From assembly GCA_050251875.1 (NCBI GenBank), contig JBFWMA010000004.1, forward strand, positions 64,001 through 128,000: 64,000 nucleotides of DNA, read 5' to 3'. How positions within the stretch are numbered: the first letter of the stretch is position 1; the number at the start of each line of letters is the position of its first letter. This DNA comes from Deferribacterales bacterium (lineage in GTDB: Bacteria > Chrysiogenota > Deferribacteres > Deferribacterales > Geovibrionaceae). The position numbers and the translations under genes were made by a program. Positions 47,670 to 57,856 of this stretch are shown here, in pieces. The notes below the pieces were generated by a model. The model saw nothing but the letters and a program-made list of their open reading frames with translations. It was not told the origin of the DNA and did not search any database.

Positions 47670-48863
47670 ATGGGAGAGTGGAAAGAATATAAATTAGCTG
47701 ACTTGGCAAATCTCAAGAATGGAAAAGGCTTGAATAATAAGTTCTATACTGATTTTGGAAAGTCTGGAGTATGGGGTGCGAATGGTCAAATAGCTTTCAC
47801 AAACGAAGTTTTGAATAGTGACCCGGTAGTTGTTATTGGACGTGTTGGAGCATATTGTGGCTCTGTTCACATGGCAGAAGGGAATAACTGGGTAACAGAC
47901 AATGCCATACAGGCTACTCCAAGAAATGACACAGACTTATACTTTCTCTACTATTTACTTAAAAATTTAAATGTGAGCAGGGCTGCAACAGGTAGTGCTC
48001 AACCACTTATAACCCAAAGCGGAATAGGTGTTCTTGAATGCAAAGCTCCTAGTCCAAAAATTCAAAAAGAAGTTGCATCAATTCTTTCATCCCTTGATGA
48101 CAAGATTGAGTTGAATAGAAAGATGAATGAGACGCTGGAGGAGATGGCGAGAGCTATTTTTAAGAGCTGGTTTGTTGATTTTGACCCTGTGCATGCAAAA
48201 GCTCGTGGCGAAAAGCCCGCAGGCATGCCAGACGAAATCGCCGACCTCTTCCCCTCCGAATTCGTCCACTCAGACCAACTAAACAAACCCATCCCCAAAG
48301 GCTGGACGGTTAAGTCTCTTAGTCAGTTAGCGGAGAATGTGAAAAGAGCAGTAAGTGCAGACTCTATTGACCCAGAAAGCAATTATATTGGACTAGAGCA
48401 TATGCCTAAAAGATGTATTGCATTAACAGATTGGGAGAGAGCAGAAAAAGTCACAAGCAACAAATTTGGATTCAAAACTGGTGAAATTCTATTCGGGAAA
48501 TTGAGACCATATTTTCATAAAGTAGGTGTTGCTCCTATAGATGGTATTTGTTCCACAGACATTCTTGTGATTAGACCAAAGAAGGAAAAACACTTTGGTG
48601 TTGTGCTATGTGCAGCATCTTCAGACGCAATTATTACTTCTGTAACGTCATCCTCTACTGGAACAAAAATGCCTAGAACGAATTGGCAGGATGTTTCGAA
48701 GTTTGCAGTTGTTATTCCAGATAACGAAATAATTGACAGTTTTAATCATCATATTAAAACATTAATAAGTAAAATTATTAATAGCATACACGAGAATATT
48801 GTTCTGACTAAAACAAGAGACACGATGCTTCCAAAACTCATCCGTGGCGAAATCGAGGTGTAA
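47670..48863 (+). CDS. hsdS: Type I R-M specificity subunit
   Basis: Two TRDs; GSAQP, LDDKIELNRKMNETLEEMA, IPKGW, RDTMLPKL. Confidence 0.92.
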   Translation: MGEWKEYKLADLANLKNGKGLNNKFYTDFGKSGVWGANGQIAFTNEVLNSDPVVVIGRVGAYCGSVHMAEGNNWVTDNAIQATPRNDTDLYFLYYLLKNLNVSRAATGSAQPLITQSGIGVLECKAPSPKIQKEVASILSSLDDKIELNRKMNETLEEMARAIFKSWFVDFDPVHAKARGEKPAGMPDEIADLFPSEFVHSDQLNKPIPKGWTVKSLSQLAENVKRAVSADSIDPESNYIGLEHMPKRCIALTDWERAEKVTSNKFGFKTGEILFGKLRPYFHKVGVAPIDGICSTDILVIRPKKEKHFGVVLCAASSDAIITSVTSSSTGTKMPRTNWQDVSKFAVVIPDNEIIDSFNHHIKTLISKIINSIHENIVLTKTRDTMLPKLIRGEIEV

Positions 48864-48865
48864 AA

Positions 48866-49312
48866 ATGCCGAAAATTGACTTAAGCGATTTTGAAGCAAA
48901 GTTATTAATAAAAATGGAAAAGGAATGTTGCGATGAAAAACCAAATATATTCCCTGGTTGCGGGGGAAAACTCAATATTTTATTGAAATCTAAATGTGGT
49001 AAAGAAGAATTCACTCTTGATGTATATAGAGGAAAGATTGAACTTACAAAGAATACATTTCAAAATAGAGCAAGAAAGGCTATTGTTCTTGTTAGATTGG
49101 ACATAGGTGGAGCTCCACACAGAAATCCAGATGGGACAGAAATACCCTGTCCACATATTCACATCTATAAAGAAGGCTACCATCATAAATGGGCTTATGC
49201 AGTGCCTGAGAAATTTTCAGATTTAACTGATTCATGGGAAACATTACAGGATTTTATGGATTATGTTAATGTTACTAAAAAGCCATATGTACAGAAGGAC
49301 ATTAATACATGA
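48866..49312 (+). CDS. Hypothetical protein (DUF6978-like)
   Basis: LVRLDIGGAPHRNPDG...PHIHIY; coupled to the next gene. Confidence 0.6.
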   Translation: MPKIDLSDFEAKLLIKMEKECCDEKPNIFPGCGGKLNILLKSKCGKEEFTLDVYRGKIELTKNTFQNRARKAIVLVRLDIGGAPHRNPDGTEIPCPHIHIYKEGYHHKWAYAVPEKFSDLTDSWETLQDFMDYVNVTKKPYVQKDINT

Positions 49313-50076
49313 GAGATGAAATTAAGAAATTAATTGAAAGTTATACCAAGTGGCTTTCTGAAAAAACATACGGTGTGTTAGTAGATGAAGAGTGGGCTAG
49401 AATTACCACTCCTTTTATTGACAGAAATAATGATTGTATTCAGCTCTACATAAAGAAGGTTGGTTCTGAACTTGTAATCAGTGATGACGGTTATACTATT
49501 GATGATTTAGAATTAAGTGGTTGTTCATTGGACAGTGAAAAAAGACAAGACCTCTTAAACGTAACATTGTCTGGTTTCGGTGTGGTTAGAAATGGCAATG
49601 AGCTTGTTGTTAAAGCTACTTCAGATAACTTTCCTTTGAAGAAGCATAGTCTTATTCAAGCTATGCTTGCTGTTAATGATTTGTTTTATTTGGCATCGCC
49701 TTATGTAAAACAGCTGTTTTATGAAGATGTGGTTGCTTGGCTTGATGAAAAAGATGTTCGCTATGTTCCTAGTGTGAAATTCTCTGGGCAGAGTGGTTTT
49801 GACCATAATTTTGACTTTGTTGTTCCAAAATCTAGAAATTACCCTGAGAGAATTTTGCAAACAATAACATCTCCCAAGAAGGATTCAGCTGAAAACCTTA
49901 TATACAAGTGGCTGGACACAAAAGCATCTAGAAAAGAAGATGCTATTCTCTATGCCGTGCTGAATGACACTGAAAATACAGTCAGTTCTAGCGTTACTAC
50001 AATTCTTAAGAATTATAATGTCGTTCCTCTTGTTTGGACAAAAAGGGAAAATAGAGTTCAGGAACTAGTAGGGTAA
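49309..50076 (+). CDS. DUF1828/DUF1829-like protein
   Basis: ITTPFIDRNND...ISDDGYTI; GQSGFDHNFDF. Confidence 0.65.
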   Translation: MRDEIKKLIESYTKWLSEKTYGVLVDEEWARITTPFIDRNNDCIQLYIKKVGSELVISDDGYTIDDLELSGCSLDSEKRQDLLNVTLSGFGVVRNGNELVVKATSDNFPLKKHSLIQAMLAVNDLFYLASPYVKQLFYEDVVAWLDEKDVRYVPSVKFSGQSGFDHNFDFVVPKSRNYPERILQTITSPKKDSAENLIYKWLDTKASRKEDAILYAVLNDTENTVSSSVTTILKNYNVVPLVWTKRENRVQELVG

Positions 50077-50109
50077 ATGGGCAGAAGTAATGGCGTTGTG
50101 AGGTAGGCG

Positions 50110-50808
50110 ATGGCAGATGTGGAAACCGTTCAACAGGTAACAACATGGCTTGGACTATTAGACAAGCATTTTTCAGCTATTTCTGTTCTTGCAGGTGGAT
50201 TTCTTGGAGGAGTTTTAGTGTATTTTAGAGAGAAACTCCTTAAGAAAAAGGATTTTGAACTACGTTATTTTGACAAAGTATTAGAAAGACGAATTTTGGC
50301 TCATGAAAAAATATTACCTGTAGTTACAGACATAAATGTCACAGTCATGGCTCGTCAATATACAGGCGAAGAATCATTTGACACTGTTCCTGTTTTTTTA
50401 TTGTCTAAATATAATTTTAATGATTGGTGCTTTAGGTTTCAACAAGCAAGAAAGCAAACTTCTCAATGGCTAACAACTAGTGTTAAAAATGAGCTTGAGT
50501 TTTTGCAGAACTATATAGTCAATTTACAGCCTATTTTGGATTTAATCGAAGAGGAAGAAGACGTCGAATTTAACCTGAAAACTTTTATGATTGGAAGAGA
50601 GCTAAAGGATGAATTGAGGTCGATTGCCATAAGTATTGAGGACAAAATTAATTTGTTTTTCGAGAAAGGGACAAAAGATGGTATTAGTTTAAAAACAGGC
50701 AACATAACTATTTCTGAAGAACAAATGTTAGCTAAGTTAAATAATACTCAACTCATCAAGAAAATGACTACTTTTAAAGAAATTGCCAACTCTAGAGAAA
50801 GCTTATGA
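50110..50808 (+). CDS. Hypothetical protein with N-terminal TM helix
   Basis: [17 protein letters not shown]; coupled to hsdR. Confidence 0.7.
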   Translation: MADVETVQQVTTWLGLLDKHFSAISVLAGGFLGGVLVYFREKLLKKKDFELRYFDKVLERRILAHEKILPVVTDINVTVMARQYTGEESFDTVPVFLLSKYNFNDWCFRFQQARKQTSQWLTTSVKNELEFLQNYIVNLQPILDLIEEEEDVEFNLKTFMIGRELKDELRSIAISIEDKINLFFEKGTKDGISLKTGNITISEEQMLAKLNNTQLIKKMTTFKEIANSRESL

Positions 50809-53800
50809 CGAAGCTCATAGAAGACACACTCGAATACGTGTTAATAGACCTTTTTAAAGAGCTTGGTTACCAATACGCCTTTGCTCCTGACTTTACCATG
50901 ACTGACGATGACGGCGGAGATTATGAGCGAATCAGCATGGACGAGGTCATTCTGACCAAGCGGTTAAAGCTAAAACTGAAGCAGATTAACCCGACTGTCC
51001 ATGATGAGCAGATTGATGAAGCCATCAAAAAGCTGCTTAACCCAGAGAGCGTAAAGCTCATAGAGAATAACCGAACATTTCATAAATACGTCACAGACGG
51101 AATCAGCATTCCATACCACGAAGACGGCGAGACAAAGACCGCCATAATCAACCTGTTTGACTTCAAAGACATCAGCAACAACGACTGGCTGGTGGCTAAT
51201 CAGTTCACCGTTACCGAGGCAAAAGAGAACCGTAGACCTGACGTTGTGGTCTTCATAAACGGTTTACCACTTGCCGTTATTGAGCTTAAAAATCCATCTG
51301 ACGAAAAGGCGACTATGCACAGTGCCTTTACTCAGCTTCAAAACTATAAAAATTTCATCCCCAGCCTGTTCAACTATAACGAAATCCTCATTGCCTCCGA
51401 CGGCTATAACGCAACAGCAGGAAGCATCACCGCCGATTGGGAACGATTTATGCCGTGGAAGACAGTTAACGGCGAGAAAGACCCGAAAGGCATGATTCAG
51501 CTGGAAGTGCTCGTCAAAGGCATGTTTGACAAGCAGAGGTTTCTGGACATCGTCCGCAACTTCATTGTTTTTGAAGTAAGTGACGACAAAATAATAAAGA
51601 AAATGGCTGGCTACCACCAGTACCACGCAGTGAATAAAGCTCTCACCAGAACAGTTGAGGCTACATCCGAAAAAGGCGACAAACGAATCGGCGTTGTTTG
51701 GCACACACAGGGGAGCGGAAAGAGCCTTTCTATGGTTTTTTACTCTGGAAAAGTTGTGCAACAGTCGGAGCTGAGCAACCCTACTCTGGTTGTTCTGACT
51801 GACCGAAACGACCTTGACGAACAGCTGTTCGGAAATTTCTCATTATGCAGTGACCTGCTCCGCCAGAAGCCTGTACAGGCGACAAGCAGAGCACATTTGC
51901 GGGAACTGCTAAACGTAGCATCAGGCGGAATTGTTTTCACCACCATACAGAAGTTTTTCCCAAAAGAAGACGAAGACAGCCACCCGGAGCTGAGCCCTCG
52001 CAGAAACATCATCGTTATGGCAGACGAAGCACACAGAAGCCAGTATGACTTCATAGACGGCTTTGCGCGCCACATCAGAGACGCTCTGCCCAATGCTTCT
52101 TTCATCGGCTTCACAGGAACGCCAATCGAAACATCAGACAAAGTTACCACCTCCGTATTCGGCTCATACATCGACATATACGACATGGAAGATGCTGTTA
52201 ATGACGGAGCTACCGTCCGCATCTATTATGAGGCAAGGCTCGCCAAAATAGACTTTGACGAGGTGGAAAAGCCGAAGATTGACCCTGAGTATGACGAAAT
52301 AACCGAAGACCAGGAAGAATTCGAAAAACAGAAGCTACAGGCTAAATGGACAGCCTTAGAGGCTCTTGTGGGAGCGAACAGCAGGCTGGAACTTGTGGCG
52401 AAAGACATAGTAGAACATTTCGAAGACAGGCTCTCCGCTATGGACGGAAAAGCTATGGTCGTCTGCATGAGCCGCCGCATCTGTATTGAGCTTTACAACG
52501 AAATAGCAAAATTACGCCCAGAATGGCACAATGACGACGACAAGCAAGGATTTATGAAGATTGTTATGTCTGGCTCGGCATCTGACAAAGAAGGATGGCA
52601 GAAACACATCCGCACCAAACAGCAGAGAGAAGAGCTGGCAAACAGATTTAAAAAGCCTGACACCGATTTTAAACTGGTAATCGTGCGTGACATGTGGCTC
52701 ACAGGATTTGATGCCCCCTGCATGCATACTATGTACATAGACAAGCCTATGGGCGGGCATAACCTTATGCAGGCAATCGCCCGTGTCAATAGAGTTTTTA
52801 AAGACAAACCAGGCGGTCTGGTGGTGGACTACATAGGCATTGCCGACGACCTGAAAAACGCCATGAGAAACTATACAGCAAGTGGCGGAAAGGGGCAGTC
52901 GCACCACGACAAAGACGAAGCCGCCTCATACATGATGGAGAAGTTCGAGCAGGTCATCGACCTTATGCACGACTTCGACTATGAGGAAATCCTTCACGCC
53001 AAAGACAAAGAACGTATGAACGGCATAGCAGAGGCTATGGAATACATTCTCTCAATAGACCGCAAGATGGATTTTATAAAGATGGTAACAGAGCTTTCAC
53101 GTTCGTTTGCTCTCGCCGTTCCCGCACCCCAGACTGTTGAAATCAGAGACTATTTAGCCCTGTTTCAGGAGATTAAAGCGGCAATAATAAAGAATACCAT
53201 TACCACAGAGAGAAAGTCGCCAGATGAGGTCGACACGGCTCTTAAACAGCTTGTTTCTAAAGCTGTGACGGCGAATGGCGTTGTTGATGTTTTTCAGGCG
53301 GCTGGGCTCGACAAACCTGAAATCTCGATTTTGTCGGATGAGTTTCTGGCAGGTGTGCAGGAATACCCATATAAGAACCTCGCCGTAGAGATGCTGGCAA
53401 AGCTGTTGGCGGATGAAATCAAGGTTAAGCTGAAACGGAATGTGGTCAAGTCCCGCTCTTTCATTGAAAAGCTGGAAGAATCCATGAAAAATTACCAGAA
53501 CCGCTCTATAGAGGCGGCGATGGTTATTCAGCACCTTATAGACCTTGCAAATGAGATGAGGAGAGAGGCAGAGCGGGGCAATGACCTTGGGCTGTCTGAT
53601 GATGAGATTGCTTTTTATGACGCTCTTCTGACAGAGAATGCCGCTTTTGGCGAAAGGCTTATGAAAGAGATGGGCGATGAGCTGAAGGTCGTTGCCGTGG
53701 AGCTTGTTAAAGCGGTTAAGAAGAACGTAACCATAGATTGGACAAAGAGAGAGGCTGTTAAGGCAAAGCTGAGAGTAATCGTAAAGCGAATACTGCGTAA

Positions 53801-53891
53801 ATACGGCTACCCGCCAGAGGCGAGCGACAAAGCCACCCAGACAGTTCTGGAGCAGGCAGCTGCCTTGTGCGAAGAATGGGCAGAGTGTTAA
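50805..53891 (+). CDS. hsdR: Type I R-M restriction subunit
   Basis: RPD...[31 protein letters not shown]. Confidence 0.95.
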   Translation: MTKLIEDTLEYVLIDLFKELGYQYAFAPDFTMTDDDGGDYERISMDEVILTKRLKLKLKQINPTVHDEQIDEAIKKLLNPESVKLIENNRTFHKYVTDGISIPYHEDGETKTAIINLFDFKDISNNDWLVANQFTVTEAKENRRPDVVVFINGLPLAVIELKNPSDEKATMHSAFTQLQNYKNFIPSLFNYNEILIASDGYNATAGSITADWERFMPWKTVNGEKDPKGMIQLEVLVKGMFDKQRFLDIVRNFIVFEVSDDKIIKKMAGYHQYHAVNKALTRTVEATSEKGDKRIGVVWHTQGSGKSLSMVFYSGKVVQQSELSNPTLVVLTDRNDLDEQLFGNFSLCSDLLRQKPVQATSRAHLRELLNVASGGIVFTTIQKFFPKEDEDSHPELSPRRNIIVMADEAHRSQYDFIDGFARHIRDALPNASFIGFTGTPIETSDKVTTSVFGSYIDIYDMEDAVNDGATVRIYYEARLAKIDFDEVEKPKIDPEYDEITEDQEEFEKQKLQAKWTALEALVGANSRLELVAKDIVEHFEDRLSAMDGKAMVVCMSRRICIELYNEIAKLRPEWHNDDDKQGFMKIVMSGSASDKEGWQKHIRTKQQREELANRFKKPDTDFKLVIVRDMWLTGFDAPCMHTMYIDKPMGGHNLMQAIARVNRVFKDKPGGLVVDYIGIADDLKNAMRNYTASGGKGQSHHDKDEAASYMMEKFEQVIDLMHDFDYEEILHAKDKERMNGIAEAMEYILSIDRKMDFIKMVTELSRSFALAVPAPQTVEIRDYLALFQEIKAAIIKNTITTERKSPDEVDTALKQLVSKAVTANGVVDVFQAAGLDKPEISILSDEFLAGVQEYPYKNLAVEMLAKLLADEIKVKLKRNVVKSRSFIEKLEESMKNYQNRSIEAAMVIQHLIDLANEMRREAERGNDLGLSDDEIAFYDALLTENAAFGERLMKEMGDELKVVAVELVKAVKKNVTIDWTKREAVKAKLRVIVKRILRKYGYPPEASDKATQTVLEQAAALCEEWAEC

Positions 53892-53901
53892 GGAGTAAGC
53901 A

Positions 53902-54855
53902 ATGGAATTTGGAGCTTTAGAGAAAATAGATTTAAGAGTCGGATGGAAAACAGAAGACACAGAGTTTACCCCGTGGCTTGCAAATGAGCAGAATATTAAA
54001 CTGCTCGGAAATGCAATAAATATTGAGCTTGAAGTCGAGAAGCAAGAGCAGAATGTCGGCATATTTAGAGCAGACATCCTTTGCAAGAATACGGCAGACA
54101 ATACATGGGTTGTTATTGAGAATCAAATAGAGCGTACCGACCATAAACATCTTGGGCAACTTATTACTTACGCTTCCGGGCTCAGTGCTGTGACTGTTGT
54201 CTGGATTGCCGCAAAATTTACTGATGAACACAGAGCCGCTTTGGACTGGCTGAATGAATGTACTGACGAGAAACTGAATTTCTTTGGGATTGAGATTGAG
54301 CTCTGGCGAATAGGTGATTCTGCAATAGCTCCAAAGTTTAATGTTGTTTGTAAACCAAATGACTGGACTCGTACTGTGGCAAAAGAAGCAAAAAATATAG
54401 AAAATGGTGCTCTGACAGAAACAAAACAGCTTCAGTATGACTTTTGGGTTAAATTACAGGACTTTATGCAAGAAAACTCTAAATATGTTAAAGCTAGAAA
54501 ACCAAGTCCTCAGCATTGGATGGATTTTGCAGTGGGCAAGACTGGTTTTAAGATGTCAGCAATAATGAACTCTGAAACAAATAAATTAGCAATATGGTTC
54601 ACGACGTCTGGTGATGATGCTAAAGCTAATTTTCATGCTTTATATAATTTGAAGAATGAGATTGAAGAACATTTAGGGTTTGGTTTTGACTGGAAAGAGA
54701 TGCCAGACAAACTTTCAAGCAATATTGTAGTTGAAAAATCAGTCGGTGATGTGTTTTGCACTGACAAGTGGAATGAATATGCTAGCTGGTTTAATGAAAC
54801 TATGAATAAAATGTATGTTGTATTTAACCCTATTATTAAGAATCTCAGAATTTGA
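53902..54855 (+). CDS. DUF4268-like protein with N-terminal PD-(D/E)xK-like domain
   Basis: FTPWL, ADIL...IENQ, DHKHLGQLITY. Confidence 0.75.
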   Translation: MEFGALEKIDLRVGWKTEDTEFTPWLANEQNIKLLGNAINIELEVEKQEQNVGIFRADILCKNTADNTWVVIENQIERTDHKHLGQLITYASGLSAVTVVWIAAKFTDEHRAALDWLNECTDEKLNFFGIEIELWRIGDSAIAPKFNVVCKPNDWTRTVAKEAKNIENGALTETKQLQYDFWVKLQDFMQENSKYVKARKPSPQHWMDFAVGKTGFKMSAIMNSETNKLAIWFTTSGDDAKANFHALYNLKNEIEEHLGFGFDWKEMPDKLSSNIVVEKSVGDVFCTDKWNEYASWFNETMNKMYVVFNPIIKNLRI

Positions 54856-54871
54856 TGAAGTTCATATTGAC

Positions 54872-54897
54872 TGTCTCTTGTCTCGAGACATGAGACA
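54872..54897. promoter_or_regulatory. Four-half-site palindromic operator
   Basis: TGTCTC-T-TGTCTC-GAGACA-T-GAGACA just upstream of a TTTACA-N17-TTTAAT promoter. Confidence 0.7.
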
Positions 54898-54956
54898 AAT
54901 TGTCTTTACAACATCACAGATGCGTGCTTTAATAGAATAAGTCTATTGAGGTAATC

Positions 54957-55481
54957 ATGAATAAAAGTGATGTATATGCTCTAATAAGCTTTATAGTCAT
55001 TGGCAAACAGAAGGTAACTCTTAGGGATTGGGAAAAATCTGTTGGAATGAGCCGTGCTTCTTTAGCTAGAAGCTTAAAACAACTTAAAAAATCAAAACTT
55101 ATTGTAGAGATGGTCGGCGGTGACGAACCTAACTTTCGTAATATTGAAGAATTTCTTCTGAGTGGCTTTCCTTATGTATTTGCTGAAGAGAAAGGCTCAT
55201 TGGTTCGTGGTTTTGCCACAGGTATAGATGGTTCGAGTTTGAAAAAGGATTTTGTGGAATCAGAATACCCAGCTGTCTGGGCTCATTACGAGGGCAACAT
55301 AAAAGGTTTTGAAGTGGAACCGCTTCACAAAGCTATACCGGAGTTAATAGCCAAAGGGAGAATAAACCAAGAGCTTTACGAACTTCTTGCTCTTTTAGAT
55401 GTACTTCGTATTGGTCAAAAAAGAGAAGTTGACGTAGCCAAGAATAAAATCAGGAGCTTGTTGAGTAAGCATGAGCAATAA
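54957..55481 (+). CDS. wHTH protein, AbiEi-like antitoxin candidate
   Basis: GMSRASLARSL HTH; EEFLLSGFPYVF...VEPLH...LYELLALLDVLRIG. Confidence 0.6.
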   Translation: MNKSDVYALISFIVIGKQKVTLRDWEKSVGMSRASLARSLKQLKKSKLIVEMVGGDEPNFRNIEEFLLSGFPYVFAEEKGSLVRGFATGIDGSSLKKDFVESEYPAVWAHYEGNIKGFEVEPLHKAIPELIAKGRINQELYELLALLDVLRIGQKREVDVAKNKIRSLLSKHEQ

Positions 55482-55613
55482 AGCACTGTTAATACTTAAT
55501 AAGCAAACACACCTGTTTGCTGAGTAATCGACACAATTATACCGCCTGATTGGTATGGTCTAAATGTTTGCTATTACGCTTGAATTCAGAAAGCACATCT
55601 TTTATAATTTCTT

Positions 55614-56000
55614 ATGAGCTTAAAAATCAGAACATATAGAAATCAACAATGTTGGCAGTATGACTTTACTCATCAGAAGAAACGGTACAGGGGTTGGATT
55701 TCTCCCGTCAGCATGATGACAGAGAAAGATGCTCAGAATATTTATGACCTCAAAGTGCATGAGACAATAGCTATGGGCATCAAAAGCCCGGTACATATTC
55801 TTCCTGTAAAAAAAGAGAAGCCAATCTCCAAGAAGGAAATAACCGCTATTGTGAATATGGAAATCCAAACAGCCCTTAAACAATATTCAGCTGGGTTGAG
55901 CCATGGTGAAGCACAAACAGTTTCTTCTCTATTGAGTTTAGGCATAGAAACAGGGATGAAGTTAAGCAGAATTATTGACAGTTACGGTGCTGTCAAATAG
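55614..56000 (+). CDS. Protein with integrase arm-binding-like N-terminus
   Basis: WQYDFTHQKKRYRG...TEKDAQ; no catalytic domain. Confidence 0.5.
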   Translation: MSLKIRTYRNQQCWQYDFTHQKKRYRGWISPVSMMTEKDAQNIYDLKVHETIAMGIKSPVHILPVKKEKPISKKEITAIVNMEIQTALKQYSAGLSHGEAQTVSSLLSLGIETGMKLSRIIDSYGAVK

Positions 56001-56029
56001 TATTGTGAAAAGAAATAATGAACGCATGA

Positions 56030-56050
56030 TTGCGACAATATTGCGACAAT
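56030..56050 (+). repeat. Arm-type integrase sites, island B right end
   Basis: TTGCGACAAT at 56030 and 56041. Confidence 0.75.
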
Positions 56051-56097
56051 CAGCCCTTGCTGCTTTGTAAATCATTCATAACAAAGCACTTTAAAAA

Positions 56098-56444
56098 TGG
56101 AGGCGGTGGGAATCGAACCCACGTCCGAAGAACTTTCGACCAAAGGCGCTACATGCTTAGTCTATGTATTTGTCTTTTTCCGCCGATCGAAACACAGACA
56201 ATTCTAAAGGCAGAAGCAATCCCTAAATTTCACCCCTGAGCCGGGACACTCACAGGGACAATCCCACTAGTTTTTGTGCCCGAAGTCAGACCATGGGAGA
56301 GTCTTGACTAAGGACATCGATGCCTTAAGCGGCAGCGAGTGCGTATTCGTCGTTAGCAATTATATGCTTTGGCTTTACTAACGGGGTAACCCCCCCGACA
56401 TGCTCCCGTGACCTACGATTTCCCCGTCGAAACCGTGCGCCCCC
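56098..56444 (-). ncRNA. ssrA: tmRNA; tag ANDEYALAAA* at 56325-56357
   Basis: 5' GGGGGCG...GGTTTCGACGGGG; 3' GTGGGTTCGATTCCCACCGCCTCCA; resume codon after TAATT; smpB nearby. Confidence 0.97.
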
Positions 56445-56585
56445 GAGTATAGACAAAAAAGCCCCAAACAGAGGGGCTTGTGAAATATACTATATTAGTC
56501 ACTGATAATTTTGCAACAATTTTCCACTTCTAAGATCAATAATAAAGTGCTAAATATATCTCATACCTTTAACACGGGAGACGAC

Positions 56586-57854
56586 ATGAATCACAAAATA
56601 TGCGTAATAGGACTCGGATACGTTGGTCTGCCTCTGGCGGCTGAATTCGCTAAAAAATATATCGTAAAGGGTTTCGACATCAGCAAAAAGCGTATAGCCG
56701 AGCTGAACGCCTGCACAGACTCCACACTGGAGATGACACCGGAACAGCTCCGTGAGGTCATGGGAAAAAACATGACAGCCACATGCGAGCTGGACGACAT
56801 AAAAGAGTGCAACATATTCATCATCACCGTCCCCACCCCCATAGACAAACACAGACGCCCGGACATCACTCTGCTGATAAAAGCCAGCGAGACAGTGGGC
56901 AAAGTAATAAAGAAAGGCGACATCGTAATTTATGAGAGCACAGTCTATCCCGGATGCACAGAGGACGACTGCGTTCCCGTGATAGAAAAGGTCTCCGGGC
57001 TGAAATTCAACGTGGATTTTTTCGCCGGATACTCTCCCGAGCGCATCAACCCCGGAGACAAGGAACACACCGTCTCCAAGATAAAAAAAGTGACATCAGG
57101 AAGCACCCCCGAAACAGCCGAAACCGTGGATCAGCTCTATAAAAGCATAATCACCGCCGGAACACACAAGGCGGAGAGCATAAAGGTAGCCGAAGCCGCA
57201 AAGGTTATCGAAAACACTCAGAGGGATGTCAATATCGCCTTCATCAATGAGCTGTCGCTGATATTCAATAAAATGGGCATAGACACAGACGCCGTGCTGA
57301 AAGCGGCGGCTACCAAATGGAATTTCCTGCCGTTCCGCCCCGGTCTGGTGGGCGGTCACTGCATCGGCGTGGATCCCTACTATCTGGCGCATAAGGCGCA
57401 GGAGCTGGGCTACAACCCCGAAATGATCCTTGCCGGGCGCAGAATCAACGACAACATGGGTTCATACATCGCCAATCAGGTCATCAAGCTGATGATAAAG
57501 AAAGGTCACAAGATAGAGGGCGCAAAGATACTGGTTCTGGGAATCACGTTCAAAGAGAACTGCCCCGATATCAGAAACAGCAAAGTGATAGATATCATCC
57601 ACGAACTGAAAGATTTCGGATGTGATATAGACGTTTACGATCCCTGGGCGGATAAGGAAGAGGTTCACGAGGAATACGGGCTCGGTCTGGCGGATAACGC
57701 GGATAAGCTCTCTTCATACGCTGCTGTGGTTCTGGCTGTTGCTCACAGCGCTTTCAGAAAATACGAACCGGAAGTGATGTCGCTTCTGGACAGCTCAAAC
57801 ATAGTGGTATATGACGTGAAATCTTTTTTCGAAAGGTCCAGCGGCAGGCTTTAA
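56586..57854 (+). CDS. Nucleotide-sugar dehydrogenase (UDP-GlcNAc/GalNAc, TviB/WbpO-like)
   Basis: GLGYVGLP, ESTVYPG, SPERINPG, GGHCIGVDPYYL, FKENCPD. Confidence 0.92.
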   Translation: MNHKICVIGLGYVGLPLAAEFAKKYIVKGFDISKKRIAELNACTDSTLEMTPEQLREVMGKNMTATCELDDIKECNIFIITVPTPIDKHRRPDITLLIKASETVGKVIKKGDIVIYESTVYPGCTEDDCVPVIEKVSGLKFNVDFFAGYSPERINPGDKEHTVSKIKKVTSGSTPETAETVDQLYKSIITAGTHKAESIKVAEAAKVIENTQRDVNIAFINELSLIFNKMGIDTDAVLKAAATKWNFLPFRPGLVGGHCIGVDPYYLAHKAQELGYNPEMILAGRRINDNMGSYIANQVIKLMIKKGHKIEGAKILVLGITFKENCPDIRNSKVIDIIHELKDFGCDIDVYDPWADKEEVHEEYGLGLADNADKLSSYAAVVLAVAHSAFRKYEPEVMSLLDSSNIVVYDVKSFFERSSGRL

Positions 57855-57856
57855 GA

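Larger units (their letters stand above)
40591..56158. mobile_element. Island B: ~15.5-kb tmRNA-integrated element with polymerase-like gene and Type I R-M cargo
   Basis: ssrA repeats at both ends, integrase, TTGCGACAAT pairs at both ends. Confidence 0.88.

Noticed and set aside
47670..48863. Phase-variable hsdS shufflon
   Set aside because: Single hsdS; no silent TRD copies, inverted repeats or simple-sequence tract seen.
53154..54101. Long antisense ORFs (also 3278-4174, 4289-5029, 62636-63466)
   Set aside because: Shadows of well-supported genes on the opposite strand.
26790..56097. DarT-type TNTC avoidance as the cause of TATC loss
   Set aside because: TCTC, TGTC and TTTC are common in the islands, so depletion is not general to TNTC.
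26787..56158. Complete prophage or ICE
   Set aside because: No recognisable major capsid, portal, TerL, tail, lysis or T4SS genes.
56030..56239. 69-aa ORF (and 26716-27024)
   Set aside because: These are translations across the tmRNA 3' end or att repeat, with no coding features.
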